NCBI RefSeq assembly: GCF_018977255.1
Contig: NW_024704742.1
Coordinates: 119,848,001-119,912,000 of the forward strand
Reading direction: 5' to 3'
DNA from: Callorhinchus milii
Lineage: Eukaryota
Length of the DNA stretch: 64,000 bases
The translations under genes were made by a program, and so were the position numbers. A model generated the notes under the pieces. It searched no databases and was not told where the DNA came from. It saw only the letters and a program-made list of their open reading frames with translations. Shown piece by piece: positions 37,120-50,341 of this stretch (its first letter is position 1; each line of letters opens with the position of its first letter).

Positions 37120-39169
37120 CTATGACAAGAGCAGTAAAGAATAATTAAACATTCATCAACACTGCTTACAATAGTTCCCAAAAGACAATAGTTCCCAAAA
37201 GGACTTAAGTTCAATATTGTAGAATGTCAATTTATTAAATTTTTAAGCTATATATTAGTTCTCAAAAACATAATTTTCTGCTTAAAACAAATGAGATTTT
37301 CTTCAGTTCAAGAATTTCATGAGATGTTTTTAAGAATGTAGGACCAGCAATGAAAACATGCCCTGCATAGGTACAGATAGAAATTTGGTACATTCTGCAC
37401 ATTTTCATTTCAAAGCTTTATCCTTCTATTTCCTCTTCATAGATGAAGTATACAAAATACTAAATGGGATAGAAAAAGTAAATGCAAACAATACATCAAT
37501 GCAGTAGGACTTAAAGGGCATAAATTGAAGGATACGAAGAGCAATTTTAGCCTAGACACTGGGAACCGTTTCTTTACACAAATGGTAATTAACAGGTGGA
37601 TTAGGTTACCAGGTAAAGTCAAAGGCCAGGATTTTGTACTAATTTAAGACACATCTTTATACTGCAATGGGAAAATAGTGAAGTGGGTATTCAGGAAAGA
37701 TGGTATCACAAGGGTCAAGGGACATTTATTTAAAGCTGTCTTATGAATAATAATAATAATAACAACACTTGCATTTGATTCAAATCAACTTGTAGTTCAA
37801 CTTGTGTATCTTTTCAAAGGAAATTTGCATTCATGGCATGGTGACAATTTATTCCACCAATTAATTCCTCTTCAGTTTACGGTTACCGATTTATAACATT
37901 CTCCCTATGTTTCACATAAACAACTTCCAACTCTTGATCAATTTCTTCCATAATTTAATCCTTGCATAAAACTTTAATATCTCCTCTCAGTAACGTTCTG
38001 AGCTACTTCTCCCATCACACTCAGATTGAGTTTCACAATTATCCTTGTTGCTGTTACCTTTTTCACTGTCCCAATATCTTTTAGCAGAACAGTAACTAGA
38101 ATAAATACTCCAAATCTGGTTTTATTAGTTAACAATATTGTTAATAACTATTCTTTAGGTTGGAACTTTTGTATTTGGCTATGAATCTAACATTCCATCA
38201 GAGACTTTGTAGAAAGCCTTTGAACAATTAGCCTACCAGGACTCACTCCAGTTCGGTGGTATCAATCAGGTTGAAATTCGCATTTAATCTAATCTTACCA
38301 CACAGTCCTTTTGGACCCCAGCATGAGGAAAAGGAATAGCAGGGTATAGAATCCAAGTTAAAGCATTTAATGAAATATAACATTGTATCATATTTCCTCC
38401 CATACCCTCAATGCTTTAGGTTTTATGCCTTCAAGATGTGTATAGATTGCAAAATATGGCATTGGTTACAATGGAGCCATTCGGGAATTTCTTGGCTCTG
38501 TGTCTCAATGAGTTTTGTCTTGAATGAATGTGAATGAGGATAAGAGTCAGACAGTGTAAATCCCAATAATTTTCTCAATATTAATCATGGTGCAACTAAA
38601 TCTATAGCTAGATTTAGACACCCAAGTTAGGGGCAAGGCTGTAGCAGAGAAGGCTGAGGGAAGAACTAAGTGAAATATTTGAGAACCCAAAGAGTATAGT
38701 ATAGTCAGATAATGATTACCTGTCACATACTCTACTAGGGGGCACAAACATGAGTGAAGAGGAAGGTGATCTGTTCAGATTTAATTACTTTGCACAGAAA
38801 GGAATGACTATGAGAAATTCACTACCCAGATCACATCAGGACATCAGCACTTTCCGGAGAACACCGGATAGCTACTTGGTGAAAAAATTGACTAAGGGGT
38901 ATGAAAGTTACATTAAATGCTTTGTGCTTTTTTAAAAAGATTTGGGTGGATCACAGTTATCTTTTCATGCGCTGTCCATTTCTGTCAGCAACAATTTTTT
39001 CCTTATAATTTACATCATCAACATTTCTCGTTTTTGAATTAGACAGATAACTGGACAAGATCAGATGACATTCTGATTTGCACACAAAGGTATTTATCAT
39101 TTACCACAGAAAACATGCTTTCCCTGCCAACTTGTCTCTGAAGCTTATAAATTAAAAAAAGGTAACCGT

Positions 39170-39590
39170 AATCGCAGTCAAAGAGAAAGGTCTTTAGTCA
39201 TGATCTAAGCGAAGGGAAAGAGGGGCAAGGCAGAGGGATTGGAGATGGGAGTTTCAAAACTTTGGGGCGTAGTGGCTGAAAGTGCAGCCACTGACGGAGC
39301 AGAGGGACAAGCAGAAGGCCAGAGCCAGATGAGAGACTGCAACGGGTAGCAGAGTGGAGAGAAAGCAGGTCAGAAAGGTAGGGAGGTGCCAGGGCAAGAA
39401 GGGATTTTGTAGATCAGTGAAAGGAAGCCAATGGAGCCTGGCAAAGACTATTGTGATGGGGATACAGAGTTTAGTGCGAATAAGGTCTGAATCAGTTGTG
39501 GAGCTGGGGAGACCGGTGAGGAGGACATTGTTGTAATCAAGGGTGGAGGTGATGAAGGTGTGGACGAGGATTTCGGCTGTGTTGGGGGAG
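39170..39590 (-). mobile_element. degenerate L2 fragment
   Basis: Decayed match to the L2 ORF2 end and 3' UTR. Confidence 0.6.
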
Positions 39591-39699
39591 ACATCAGTTC
39601 ACTTTAAAATAAATTGTTCAAACTATAACTTTGGGCTCATGGAAAATATGTCTCTGTTAAAGCATTCACTATATATAATAATAGAACTCATAAACAAAC

Positions 39700-39844
39700 C
39701 AATAGAATCAGGTAGCTGTTGGAGTGCATTGCTGGAAAGCAGCAGATCCTGCAGGTTCTCACAGCCTGATATGGCATTATCAACCGTCTCTATGTTGTTT
39801 TTGGAAACATCCAAGTAGGTCAGCTGCTTTAATTTGCCAATGAA
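39700..39844 (-). CDS. ERBIN: ERBIN LRR exon [48 protein letters not shown]
   Basis: ttctag|...|gtttgt; 145 nt, phase 0-1. Confidence 0.96.
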
Positions 39845-40842
39845 CTAGAACGACAAAAGAAAAGGCTTTTGAGCACTGTATTTCAAGTCACATTTATAGG
39901 GCCAATATTTAGGATTATTAAACACAGCAAAGAATGCAGTAGATTACTGCATTTTTAATAAAAAGATATAGAAAGTTTCACGGGGCCTATTGAATCAATG
40001 CAACAAAAGAACCTTTATAATTTTTTTTACATTAATCATTTAGCTCAGAGATTCAACTGCGGTGGACTACTAAATTAATTTTTTCATCTAGATGAACAAT
40101 AACTGCACTTAACATAGTTAATACCGGGTGCAACTTAAGCTATAACATTGAGCAGCACAGCACCACAAAGTGTCAGGGGCACCTGACAACTTGCCATTGA
40201 CAAACTCCTTCCAAGCTCCTTACATGTCTATGGCACAACCATTGTAAGCCTTCAACTCTGATTGTTGACTATCTGGAAAACTGTTTTAATTTCTTTTTTT
40301 CAGGCAATATTTAATGAAGATACTGAAAATATCCAGAGTCCAAACAGCCCTCTAATAGTCAGCATTCTGAGCAGCAATTAACCATGTTCGGTATACTTAT
40401 TGATTATCTGCACACAAAGCTGAAAGAAAATGGGTGAAAAGTTTTGAAACGATACTTTGTGAAAAACTGAATTTAGGATTATTTCTATTTTGGGCTTTTG
40501 AGTAGGTTTCCGATTGTGATGCAAGTATTCTCAGCCTTTGTGCGTGAATGGAAAACTGGTAGAACTGGTTGGCCAAAGGACGAAGGAGCTTCAGCAGACC
40601 TGGTGGCACCCTGACTGGTGATCGAATTCCATATGTGACTAATGCCTTACATACAAATCGGTAACTAGGGGTACAGAACTTTGAGAGAGGAGGAACAAGA
40701 AACATGCTTGTAGAATCAATCATCAATTAATTGCAAATATTGCACTTTCTTCAGTTAGTATAACTGTGGCATTAAAATTGTTTTTTAATCTTTTTTTCTG
40801 TACGTTACTTTATTATAGATGTCCTAATCGAGCATCCTTGCC

Positions 40843-41045
40843 AACAACAAAATTACATTTGTTTAGCGCCTTTCACATCGGGAGGACGTCCCAAGGCGTT
40901 GGACAGAGAGTTACGGACTGCTGAGCGGAGGGAGCAAATAGGATGGTAGGGGGTTAGGCGGTTGGAGAGGTAGGGGGGAGCAAGACCGTGGAGGGCTTTG
41001 AAGGTGAGGCCCAGGATCTTGAACTGCATCCTCTATGTGATGGGC
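40843..41045 (-). mobile_element. L2 3' fragment
   Basis: aacaacaaaattacatttgtttagcgcctttcacatcgggaggacgtcccaagg tail. Confidence 0.8.
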
Positions 41046-41631
41046 AATCCTCCAGATTAATTAATCATTCACATCAATGCTGTTATTGGGCCATGCTGGC
41101 ACAAATGCTGCCAAATTTATCTACGTAAACAGTGACTGCACTTGCCAATAATTAATAGTAAAGGGTTTTTGGAGGTTTCACTTCGAACCACATACTTTTT
41201 GCATGTACTAATGCATACAGTGAAGAGTTTCCTACAAAAGGCTTCATAATAATAATCCTTGCATTTGATATAGCACCTTATTACGTTGTCAATATGTCTT
41301 AAAACGCTTCACAGGATATACTGTAAAGTGGATTGACTGTGTACTTTGTTATCCACTCTGGATCTGATCTTACATTTCCAGATACCTAGCTCCCTCACCC
41401 ATCCACCCTGAATGAGAAACTTGTATTTTTATAGAAGTTTGAGCTCAAAGTGATTTACAGATTACAATTGTTGCTATGTAAGGGGGACTTCCCATCTCCA
41501 ACTTATGAATTGTAAATAAGAAAGGGTAAGTGTGGATGTCTGAACCCTTTTTGAACACTGGTAATTCCAGTTAGAAATTTATGACCCTTATAACTGTGGT
41601 GTGCGACTAAACATTGTTCTTTTTATGTTAT

Positions 41632-42041
41632 AATAATCTTTGCACTTGATACAGCACGTTATCACGTTATTGAGATGTCTCAAAGCACTTCACAGGATAT
41701 GCTGTAAAACAGATTGACTGTATTTTGTGTGTGATACACGGCAGCCAGTTGTGCATAGCAATGTCTCACAAACAGCCATGGAGTGCATGACCAATTTTAT
41801 TTGGGGGTTTGTTGGCCAGCACACTGGGAGAAACTCCCTTCTCTTTTTGAATAGCGTCATGGGATTTTTAATGTCTTGATCATTCAGTAGGGACCTTGGT
41901 TTGACGTCTCATTCAAAGGATGCAATACACACCCAGCATTGCATTGGAGTGTCATCTTAGACTACGTGATTCCCAACATAAGGCTTGAAACCACAACCTT
42001 CTGACTGAGAGGCGAGAATGCTTCCATTTAGCCAAGCTGAC
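41632..42041 (-). mobile_element. DeuSINE-like (SacSINE1-type) SINE, near full length
   Basis: tRNA head (gtcagcttggct...cagtcagaaggttgtggtttcaagcc), Deu-like core (tgacactccaatgca...gagacgtcaaaccaaggtccc) and L2-type tail. Other fragments at about 8230-8545, 29295-29460, 33180-33360 and 52135-52310. Confidence 0.75.
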
Positions 42042-42420
42042 ATCAGTGTCAGGTCTTCACCATGCCAAACTCACATGACTTTTCCTATTTTAGCTGCTGC
42101 CAAGATGAATTAGAAGAAACTTCTGGCGTTATCATCAGTTTGGGCCCAAAACCAGCAAAACCTTGAATGCATTAACAATAGCCCCTTCCAATTACTTTCA
42201 TATGAAGCTCATCTCTTGCCAATGAACAACTGAATTATACAGTTGCGTCCGTTAACAGTTTAGAGCGGGTCTATAGCACGGTTGCACCATGGTCAGCTTC
42301 CTGTGCACAGGAAGTGACATTGGTGACGACCATTTTCACAGCATACCTTATTATAAAGAGGTCTGACCTTATGGACCTAAATTACTACATTATAGACTAG
42401 TACTAGTGTTGTACACATAC

Positions 42421-42495
42421 CCCAGGGAGCACTGCAAGCCTATTGCCATCCATCCAAAATTCCTTTAGTCCAGTCAATTGTTCTAATACTTCAGG
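42421..42495 (-). CDS. ERBIN: ERBIN LRR exon PEVLEQLTGLKEFWMDGNRLAVLPG
   Basis: cccgcag|...|gtatgt; 75 nt, phase 0-0. Confidence 0.96.
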
Positions 42496-43153
42496 CTGCG
42501 GGAGTGAAAAAAGAATTCCTTTAAATCACTTTTACATACAACACATCTAAGGAATGCATTTTAACAACACATTTGGTTGCAAGTCCAACCTAAATCAGCA
42601 TATCTAGAAGTGACATTTCTGATTGAAGAGAAAAGTCCCACTTCAGGCAGGCAGAAATTTAAATTTAAAGTTATTAATTTGCACCAAAACAACAAATACC
42701 AGCAGTTTAGCTCAAACATTTGAAGAATAACAGATTCTGCATGTTATACAGCAAAGATTGAATTAAATCTACATGACATATTGAAATGGTTATGTGGAGG
42801 GACGAAAAGAAATTAACTGCATTGACAACAGCCAAAAGCTGCAATTTAGTAAAACCCTGAGTTACCAATTGTCTGAGCCCATAAATCCTGCTATGACCTC
42901 CTTTTCTATGCAATAACCCATATAGCACACATTGCACATTTTTGTTCATAAAAAAACTCAAGCATTTATTTACCGCAGATTTTAGAAGAGCCCTGTTCAA
43001 TCTCAGTGAATCATGCTTTTCTTTAACCTTGAACAAACCTCTTAAGCTGCATGTAATCTTTTGTTTTTTGATTAAAGATAGATTTTAAAAAGGCAAACAG
43101 CTTTAGGAATGGCAAAAATGCAGAGACCCTTTTTTTTAACAGGAACTACTTAC

Positions 43154-43217
43154 CACTTCTGTGAACTCATTACTTCCCAAATCTAATCTCTCCAACTGGG
43201 TGAGTCTGTTCATGGTT
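43154..43217 (-). CDS. ERBIN: ERBIN LRR exon TMNRLTQLERLDLGSNEFTEV
   Basis: ttgtag|...|gtaagt; 64 nt, phase 2-0. Confidence 0.96.
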
Positions 43218-44489
43218 CTACAAAATCAAGGAACAGAAAAACAGGGCAGGAGACATGAAACAGATTAGTGCATGTACTGACAGTTTATGGAGATTTAAAT
43301 TCCAAAGCTATTTGAGATTTCTGTTGCAAGATAGTTAGCCATAACCCTACAAAATTCACCAAGACATTTTAGGAGTTATGGCTAAGATTATAAGTAACCA
43401 CAAATATAGTCAAAGCTAACCAGTTTACTACACAAAAAAACTGAATTGTGGGTTTTGGATTTTAAATAAGAGATCACAACAAAGCACAGTTGAACAAATA
43501 CTTAAAAATAGTAAAGATTACTTTGCTTTTAAAAAAAATGCATCAATCACTTCACATACTGTAGGTACCTTTCCCTTACTGCTTCACTTCTTGTTGGTTC
43601 TGTATAATGAGATTCGATAAGTGAGTGTTTCTAGTGCGTTTGCAATTTGAAGGAGATGATCAAATTCAAGACTGTATAACAGCATCCTCAGAGTATTTTT
43701 CCAGGATCCCACAAAATAGATCTATGAATACTAATCATTTCACATAATGCATGCAACATACTAAGCATGTTTCGGCAGATAGCACACTGTGTTAAGAGCC
43801 ATAATTAACAGCCAAAATCTGCAATTTTATATTTTGAAGCACATCATTGTAGTTGGAAATAAAAGCCTTAAATTTTGTACGAGTAGATGAATGATGCAGC
43901 GCAGCTGTGCTAAGAAATGCATCTTAAAATTGCTATAAAAGAAGACAGCTTCCCTTGGTTATGTTCTGCCTAGTAGCTTCATTACTTATTTCTGTCAAAA
44001 TGGGCTTATCTTGCTGCTGCTGTGATGGGAGTGCAGAACAGGATGCCTGGCATCCCAGTTCAATGTAGGAATTGGATTACAGGCACGTTAACACAAAATC
44101 ATGTCCCATAATTAAGACAGTCTCATGCACATGCATTTCTTGAAATCCAGAATTCTCTGCTCTGTGAGAAATGGTAATTGAATTACCACTCTTTAACCCA
44201 TTTAATCTTCTATTGAATATGCAGGTTGAATGATTGTTATCAGAACAGCCAATAACAACCCTCCTCCCATCATATGAAGGTAATGAAATACCTGATCACA
44301 TTTTACAATGGAGTGCTCATAACAAGACTGCCCCAATATAAATAATCAAGTTGCCATCCAAGATCCCTCCCCCAAACCCCCATCCATCTGTACTATTCTA
44401 CAACCAAAATACTACTGGAATATAAAATGTTTTTATGTATTAGCATTTTGAAATCCCAACTTCTAAATGTTTAATGCAAGACTGTATCA

Positions 44490-44815
44490 GCTACCATCCT
44501 GCTCTCTCCCTCCGCTCAGCGGGCTCCCGCCTGCTTCACGTCCCACTATTGGCAGGCGGGCCTTCCACCACTCTGCTCCCACGCGCTGGAACTCCATACC
44601 GCAGTCCCTTCACCTCAACCCCTCCCTTGTCATCTTCAAGACCCATCTCAAGACCCTCCTCTTCGACTGTGCTTTCGATCTCCCTGCTTTCCCCCCTGCC
44701 CTCCACCCTCCCCCACCTCGACCCCCAGCTGGGGTCCGTAACTCTGTCTGTCCAGCGCCTTGGGACATCCTCCCAACGTGAATGGCGCTTTACAAATGTA
44801 ATTTTGTTGCTGTTG
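44490..44815 (+). mobile_element. L2 3' fragment
   Basis: cagcgccttgggacatcctcccaacgtgaatggcgctttacaaatgtaattttgttg tail. Confidence 0.85.
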
Positions 44816-45739
44816 TATCAGTCTTATTGCAATAGTTGCATTGAATTTTAACCAAGGACAGTAATTTAATTCTGTTGGTGAAGGTAGAACTGCAGTCTCA
44901 CTTGGTTTTATATTGTAAAACCTGTAAAAACTTCACTATTCACCACTTCAATGGCAATTTGTTTTCTTGTATTATGCCAGGCTACTTAGGTCAAATTCTG
45001 TTCTTCAAGTTCACATTTTAGGATTTGCTCATTCTCTGATTTGTAAGCATTTCACCCAATCCTTTAATAATGTCAATGTCTGGTGGAGAATATTTGCTCT
45101 GTTGACTGTTCTTATCACCATCAAAACATTCACATGGATCCAAAATCACACCCAAGCAAAGATAATCACTTTTAAGGAACTGAGCAGACTGCCACTGGTG
45201 AGCTCATTGTAAAGTTAAGCTGCTGACTGAGCTCCCTCTGGACTTCTTTATGGCAGGTCAGAGGTCATATTTTGGCTCTGACAGATGTTTGCAAAGAGTT
45301 TCTCAAACACAGTGGCACATTGCACCAAAATCCCTTTAGCTCACTACTTTTTCAGGCAGCAAACAGGATTCGTCCTTGCGTTGAAGCAGCATGCTGCCAT
45401 GTCACTGCTCTACATTTCTAGACAAACAGACCTAAAACATTCAAGCATTTGAAATATCTAAATCAATTCTAACATCTGGAACCTAAAAATGTACAATAAA
45501 ACAGTTGATTTTATTTACCAAATCCTTTATTTTACAGATGAAATCATACCAAGGAATTAACCTACACTGTAGTATTGTTTTAAGTTGAAACACTCAGATG
45601 GAAGATTGGGGTCTGTTTAACTTAACCTCTCACATAGAAAATGCCAGCATGAATCACATTAGACCTTGGAGAGAAACATGGAATCTACAACGCAGAAGGA
45701 GGCTATTTGGCCCACAGAGCAAGAAGAACAATTGAATCC

Positions 45740-45950
45740 CACTGCCTGTTTATCCTCACAAGTGCTGCCTGGGTTCGATTCCCGGGAAGGGCGAAACGTT
45801 GGACAAGTTTCCTTAGTCCACACGTCTCTGATTATCTAGCAGTAAGTAGAAACCTGGTTGTTTGTCAATTGGCAGATCATATTTCCAGGGGTAATAATCC
45901 CTTAAAAAAAAAATAATATGGTTACTCAATCCACAACTGTTTGTGGGACA
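45740..45950 (+). mobile_element. tRNA-derived SINE, long subfamily, 5'/central part
   Basis: gggttcgattcccggg B box; ggcgaaacgttggacaagtttcc; ctagcagtaagtagaaacctggttg. Confidence 0.75.
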
Positions 45951-46045
45951 CTCCCCAATCGGCTTAAATAATAGAATAATAAATAAGTCCTTGCATTTGA
46001 TGTAGCGCTTCTCATGTCTTCTAGACGTCTCAAAGTGCTTCACAG

Positions 46046-46830
46046 ACAACAACAACTTGGATTTATATAGTGCCCTCCACGCCGGACGGCGTCTCAGAGC
46101 ACTTCACAGTAACAGATCCCGGGACCGAGCCAGGGGGAAGGGGAGGAAGGTGACCAAAGGCGCTGTCGAAAAGAAAGGTCTTCAGCAGAGATCTGAAAAT
46201 AGGAAGAGAGGGGGCGAGGTAAAGGGAGTGAGGAAGGGTGTTCCAGAGCCTCAGGGCGTAGTGGCTGAAGGCACGGCCACCGAGGGTGGAGCAGAGGACT
46301 CGGGGGACAAGGAGGGGGCCAGACCCGGAGGAACAAAGGCAACGGGTACTGTTTTGAGGAGAGAGGAGGTCAGAGAGGTAGGGGGGTGCAGAGGAGTGGA
46401 AGGATTTGAATACATGGGTGAGGAAATCGATCCTCACTGGGACAGGGAGCCATTACAGTCTGGCGAGGGCTGAGGTAATCAGGGAGCAGAGTTTGGTGCG
46501 GGTGAGAATGCGGGCGGCATAGTTTTGAATAATCTGGATTTTAGGGATGGTACGAGGAGGACATTTGAATAGTCCAGCCAAGAGGTGACAAAGGCACAGA
46601 CCAGGGTTTCAGCAGCTTTTGGAATGAGGCATTAGCGGAGACGGGCGATGCGTCAGAGGTGGAAGAAAGAGGCACTGGTGAGGGACCGGATGTGGGGGAG
46701 GAAGGATAATTGGGGGTCGAACCTGACGCCTAGGTTGCGTACGGGTTCGGAGAGTTTTAGGGGGAAGTCGGGTAGGTGGAGGAGGTGGGAACCATGAGAT
46801 TTTAGACGTTGACAAGAGCCAAAGAGTATG
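46046..46830 (-). mobile_element. L2 LINE 3' part inserted into a minus-strand SINE (45975-46045 and 46850-46985)
   Basis: (caa)n tail at 46046; close match to 62660-63360; the SINE sequence resumes at aatatactgtaaagtg. Confidence 0.88.
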
Positions 46831-47602
46831 AATATACTGTATTATACATAATATACTGTAAAGTGAATTGACTGTATAGTTGTGCGTGAATCGCGGCAGC
46901 CAATTGCGAACACCAGCATCCCACAAACAGTCATGACCAATTGAGTGACCAAATTATTATTATTATTTTGTTGAGGGATTATTCCGTGTTTCGCCCACAA
47001 AACACAAGTCAATTCACTTTACAATATATTGTGTGAAGAGCTTTGAGACGTCTCGAAGAAGTGATAAGGCACTACATCAAATGAAATGATTATTATCATT
47101 ATCCTAATATCCATTTCACATCCCTCTCTGTCAGAAGCCCGTCTACTTCCCTCTTGAAAGCCACAATGGACTCTGCCTCCACCACCCTACTCGGTAGGGC
47201 ATTCTACATCCCAACTCTCTGACAAAGCAAATGTTTGTAAGATACAGCACAACAACCTATCACAATAGAACTCAAGTTCACTTGCTTTATAAAGCACTGT
47301 CTTATAGAAGTTGGTTGTTGTTGTTGTCATTATCCACACAGTGAATTAACTGGGACATATTTTCTTTGTATAACTTGAACTTATAATAATAACTTATAAC
47401 CCATAGAATTTGCTGGTTCTAATCTTATTCTGAAATGAGCGAACTGATATCAACCAGGGAGGTGGTAAAGGTGCTACAATTACCCTCACTGCCACTTGGT
47501 TAGGGAGGAGACAATCAGCTCGGGGTTAGGCACTCTATTGGTTATGTAATGCCTTTTGCTAAAAAAAGCTCAATTGTGGATGTTGGATAACAGGGGCTGT
47601 TA

Positions 47603-48882
47603 AACGACATCCTGACCCTGTGTGACCAGGGCTCCCTCTGCCTCCTTGACCTCTCCACCGCCTTTGACACCGTGGACCACTCAATCCTCCTCCACTGCCT
47701 CTCCTCCCACCTCAACCTTCAAGGCTCTGTCCTTGACAGGTTCAGGTCCTACCTTTCACACCACCTCCACTTTGTCGCGGAAAACAGCTTCTCCTCCAGC
47801 CCCCGCACCGTCTCATGCGGTGTTCCTCAGGGCTCGGTCCCCTCCTCTTCACCCTCTGCATGCTCTCCCTTGGTGACATGGGGTAAATTTCCACATGTAT
47901 GCAGATGACACCCAACTCTACCTCTCTGCCTCCACACTCAACTCCAGGACAACTGGCATCCTGACCGACTGCCTGTCCGACATCAAGTCCTGGACGAGGG
48001 ACAACTTTCTCCAACTCAACGTCAGCAAGACCGAGGCCCTCCTGATTGGCTCGCGCCAATGCCTCCGCACCTCAGGCGCCGGCAGCATCAGCCTCCACGA
48101 CTGCACACTCAACCTCACTATGCCAGTCAGGAACCTGGGAATCTTGTTTGACCCTGAATTGTCCTTTCTTCCCCACATCCGCGCCATGACTGGCACTGCC
48201 TACCACATCCTCCGCAACATTGCCAGACTCCGCCACTGCCTTACCCCTCAGGCTGCAGAAACCCTCACCCATGCATTCGTCACCTCAAGGCTTGATTACG
48301 GGAACTCCCTCCTCATCGGTCTTCCCAACTCTTCTCTTCACAAGCTGCAGATCATCCAAAACTCTGCAGCTCGTGTACTCTTACGCACCAGGCTCCGTGA
48401 CCCCATCACTCCCACCCTCGCCCGACTCCACTGGCTCCCCATCCCCCAGAGGATCGAGTTCAAGATCCTCGTCCTCACCTTTAAGGCCATCCATGGCCTT
48501 TCCCCCCTACCTCTCTGACCTGCTGACTCCCTATGAGCCTGCCCGCTCCGCTCCCTCCATTCATCGGGCTCCAGCCTGCTCCGTGTCTCCCGCCCGACAC
48601 GTCCTACCATCGGTGGCCGGGCTTTCAGCCTCTCTGCCCCCACACTCTGGAACTCCATCCCACGGTCCCTTCACATCACTTCTTCCCTTGCCTCCTTCAA
48701 GGTCAGTCTCAAGGCCTTTCTCTTCGACCGTGCCTTTGGTCTCTCTCCCACCTCTCTGCCTTCCCTTACCCCTACACCACCCCCCTCCCCCATGCTCGGA
48801 CCCCGACACCTGACTGTTCAGCGCTTTGGGACTTCCTCCCGACGTGAAAGGCGCTCTATAAATGTAATTTTGTTGTTGTTGT
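47603..48882 (+). mobile_element. 5'-truncated L2 LINE with reverse transcriptase C-terminal region
   Basis: ORF 47895..48518 reads YADDTQLY...LQLNVSKTEALLIG...HAFVTSRLDYGNSLL...LHWLPIPQRIEFKIL; upstream CGVPQGS; (tgt)n tail. Confidence 0.95.
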
Positions 48883-49057
48883 TTGGAATCATGTCTACTA
48901 TTTGCATTTATGATTTCCCCAGCTGATAGAAAAGAAGAAATTCTCCTCATAGGGTTTTGGCTAAGATAAATTGGGGAATTTATGATCACACAGCACAGAA
49001 ACCACCCCTAATTAAGTACTTAGTCAGAAAAATTACAGGATGGTTGGTATCACACTG

Positions 49058-49112
49058 ACATATATCATATATATACATATATATATACACACTGATATAT
49101 ATATATATATAT
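49058..49112. repeat. (TA)n-rich microsatellite with repeated cacactga units
   Basis: Direct reading of the sequence. Confidence 0.8.
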
Positions 49113-49121
49113 ACTGATATC

Positions 49122-49622
49122 ACACTCTGCCTCCAACCTCTGGAATTCCATCCCCCAGTCAATCTGCCTCGCCGCCTCCTGAGCCTCCTTCAAGTCCCGC
49201 CTCAAGACCCTCCTCTTCAACCATGCCATCGGCCACCCCCCTTCCCCTCCCCTATCCCCCCCAACCCCAGCTCAGATCTGAAATGCTGTACTCTGTCCAG
49301 CGCCTTGGGATGTCCTCCCGACGTGAAAGGCGCTATACAAATGTAATCTTGTTGTTGATACAACTTTGGAGATTGAGACTAAGCCACACTGTTTAGTGGG
49401 GTGGGAAGAGAACTTTATTTGGGATCTAAGTATCCTATTTCTGGCCTATTCCTCTCAACCCTCTTCTTCGACCATGCCTTCGGTCACCCTCCTACCCCTA
49501 CCCTCCCTGGCCTCCACCCTCTTGATCCTAACCACCAGCTCGGGTGCGGATCCCTAACTGTCCAGCGCCTTGGGACATTCTTCTGACTTGAAAGGGGCTA
49601 TACAAATGTAATTTGTTGTTGA
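49122..49622 (+). mobile_element. two tandem L2 3' fragments (about 49122-49358 and 49455-49622)
   Basis: Both end in tccagcgccttggga...tgaaagg.gctatacaaatgtaat. Confidence 0.85.
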
Positions 49623-50284
49623 CCTGAATACTTGGATAGACTGAATAGCCAAAATAAAAATGTTTCATTCTTAGAATTATCATTACTCACTCCGATCTTA
49701 ACAGAAAATAGCGAAAGATTTGGGTTTGAAATCTCATCAAAAGTTTCACAACCATTTTGCTGACATTACTGTAAATGCTACCACGTGAATGACCCGCTAA
49801 GTCAGGTACTGGATATAGTAACACTAGTATGCACCACATGTTTTTTTCCAGTAAACCATATTCTGCAAAATCTAACTTGTTCTTAAGATTGTTTTCATAA
49901 GCTTGTTTAAAATAGCCTCACATTGGAAGAATTATGATCATCTTAGTTGATCAGCCCTTATTTCTTGGCTTTTTTTAAAAAATGATGGGATCAGGGGAGA
50001 AGACTTAGAAAAGTTAACGAGCTCCAGCAGTCTGACAGAGATGAATTAACACACAAAGAGCCAAGGTCACTGAATTGACAATTCTGCTTCCTCACACCAC
50101 TGGGACATTTCCTCTTTTGTTGTGAAATCAAACACTCAACTAGTTGAATATAAACATTCACAACTTTTACCAAGATTGTTTGATGCTTTCAAGTTCAAAA
50201 TGGGATACTAATGGGAAAGCATCATCAAATTGAAAACTTCACACTAAAACTTTAGATACAAATTAGATACAGTATAATTCTTAC

Positions 50285-50341
50285 TTTGGTAACATCTTCA
50301 GTTGATTTTCTCGCAGCTCTAGAATCTGCAGTTTAATTAAT
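50285..50341 (-). CDS. ERBIN: ERBIN LRR exon LIKLQILELRENQLKMLP(K)
   Basis: ttttag|...|gtaaga; 57 nt, phase 2-2. Confidence 0.96.

Noticed and set aside
37168..37201. 17-bp tandem duplication acaatagttcccaaaag (similar short duplication near 7021-7070)
   Set aside because: Ordinary replication-slippage duplications with no sign of function.
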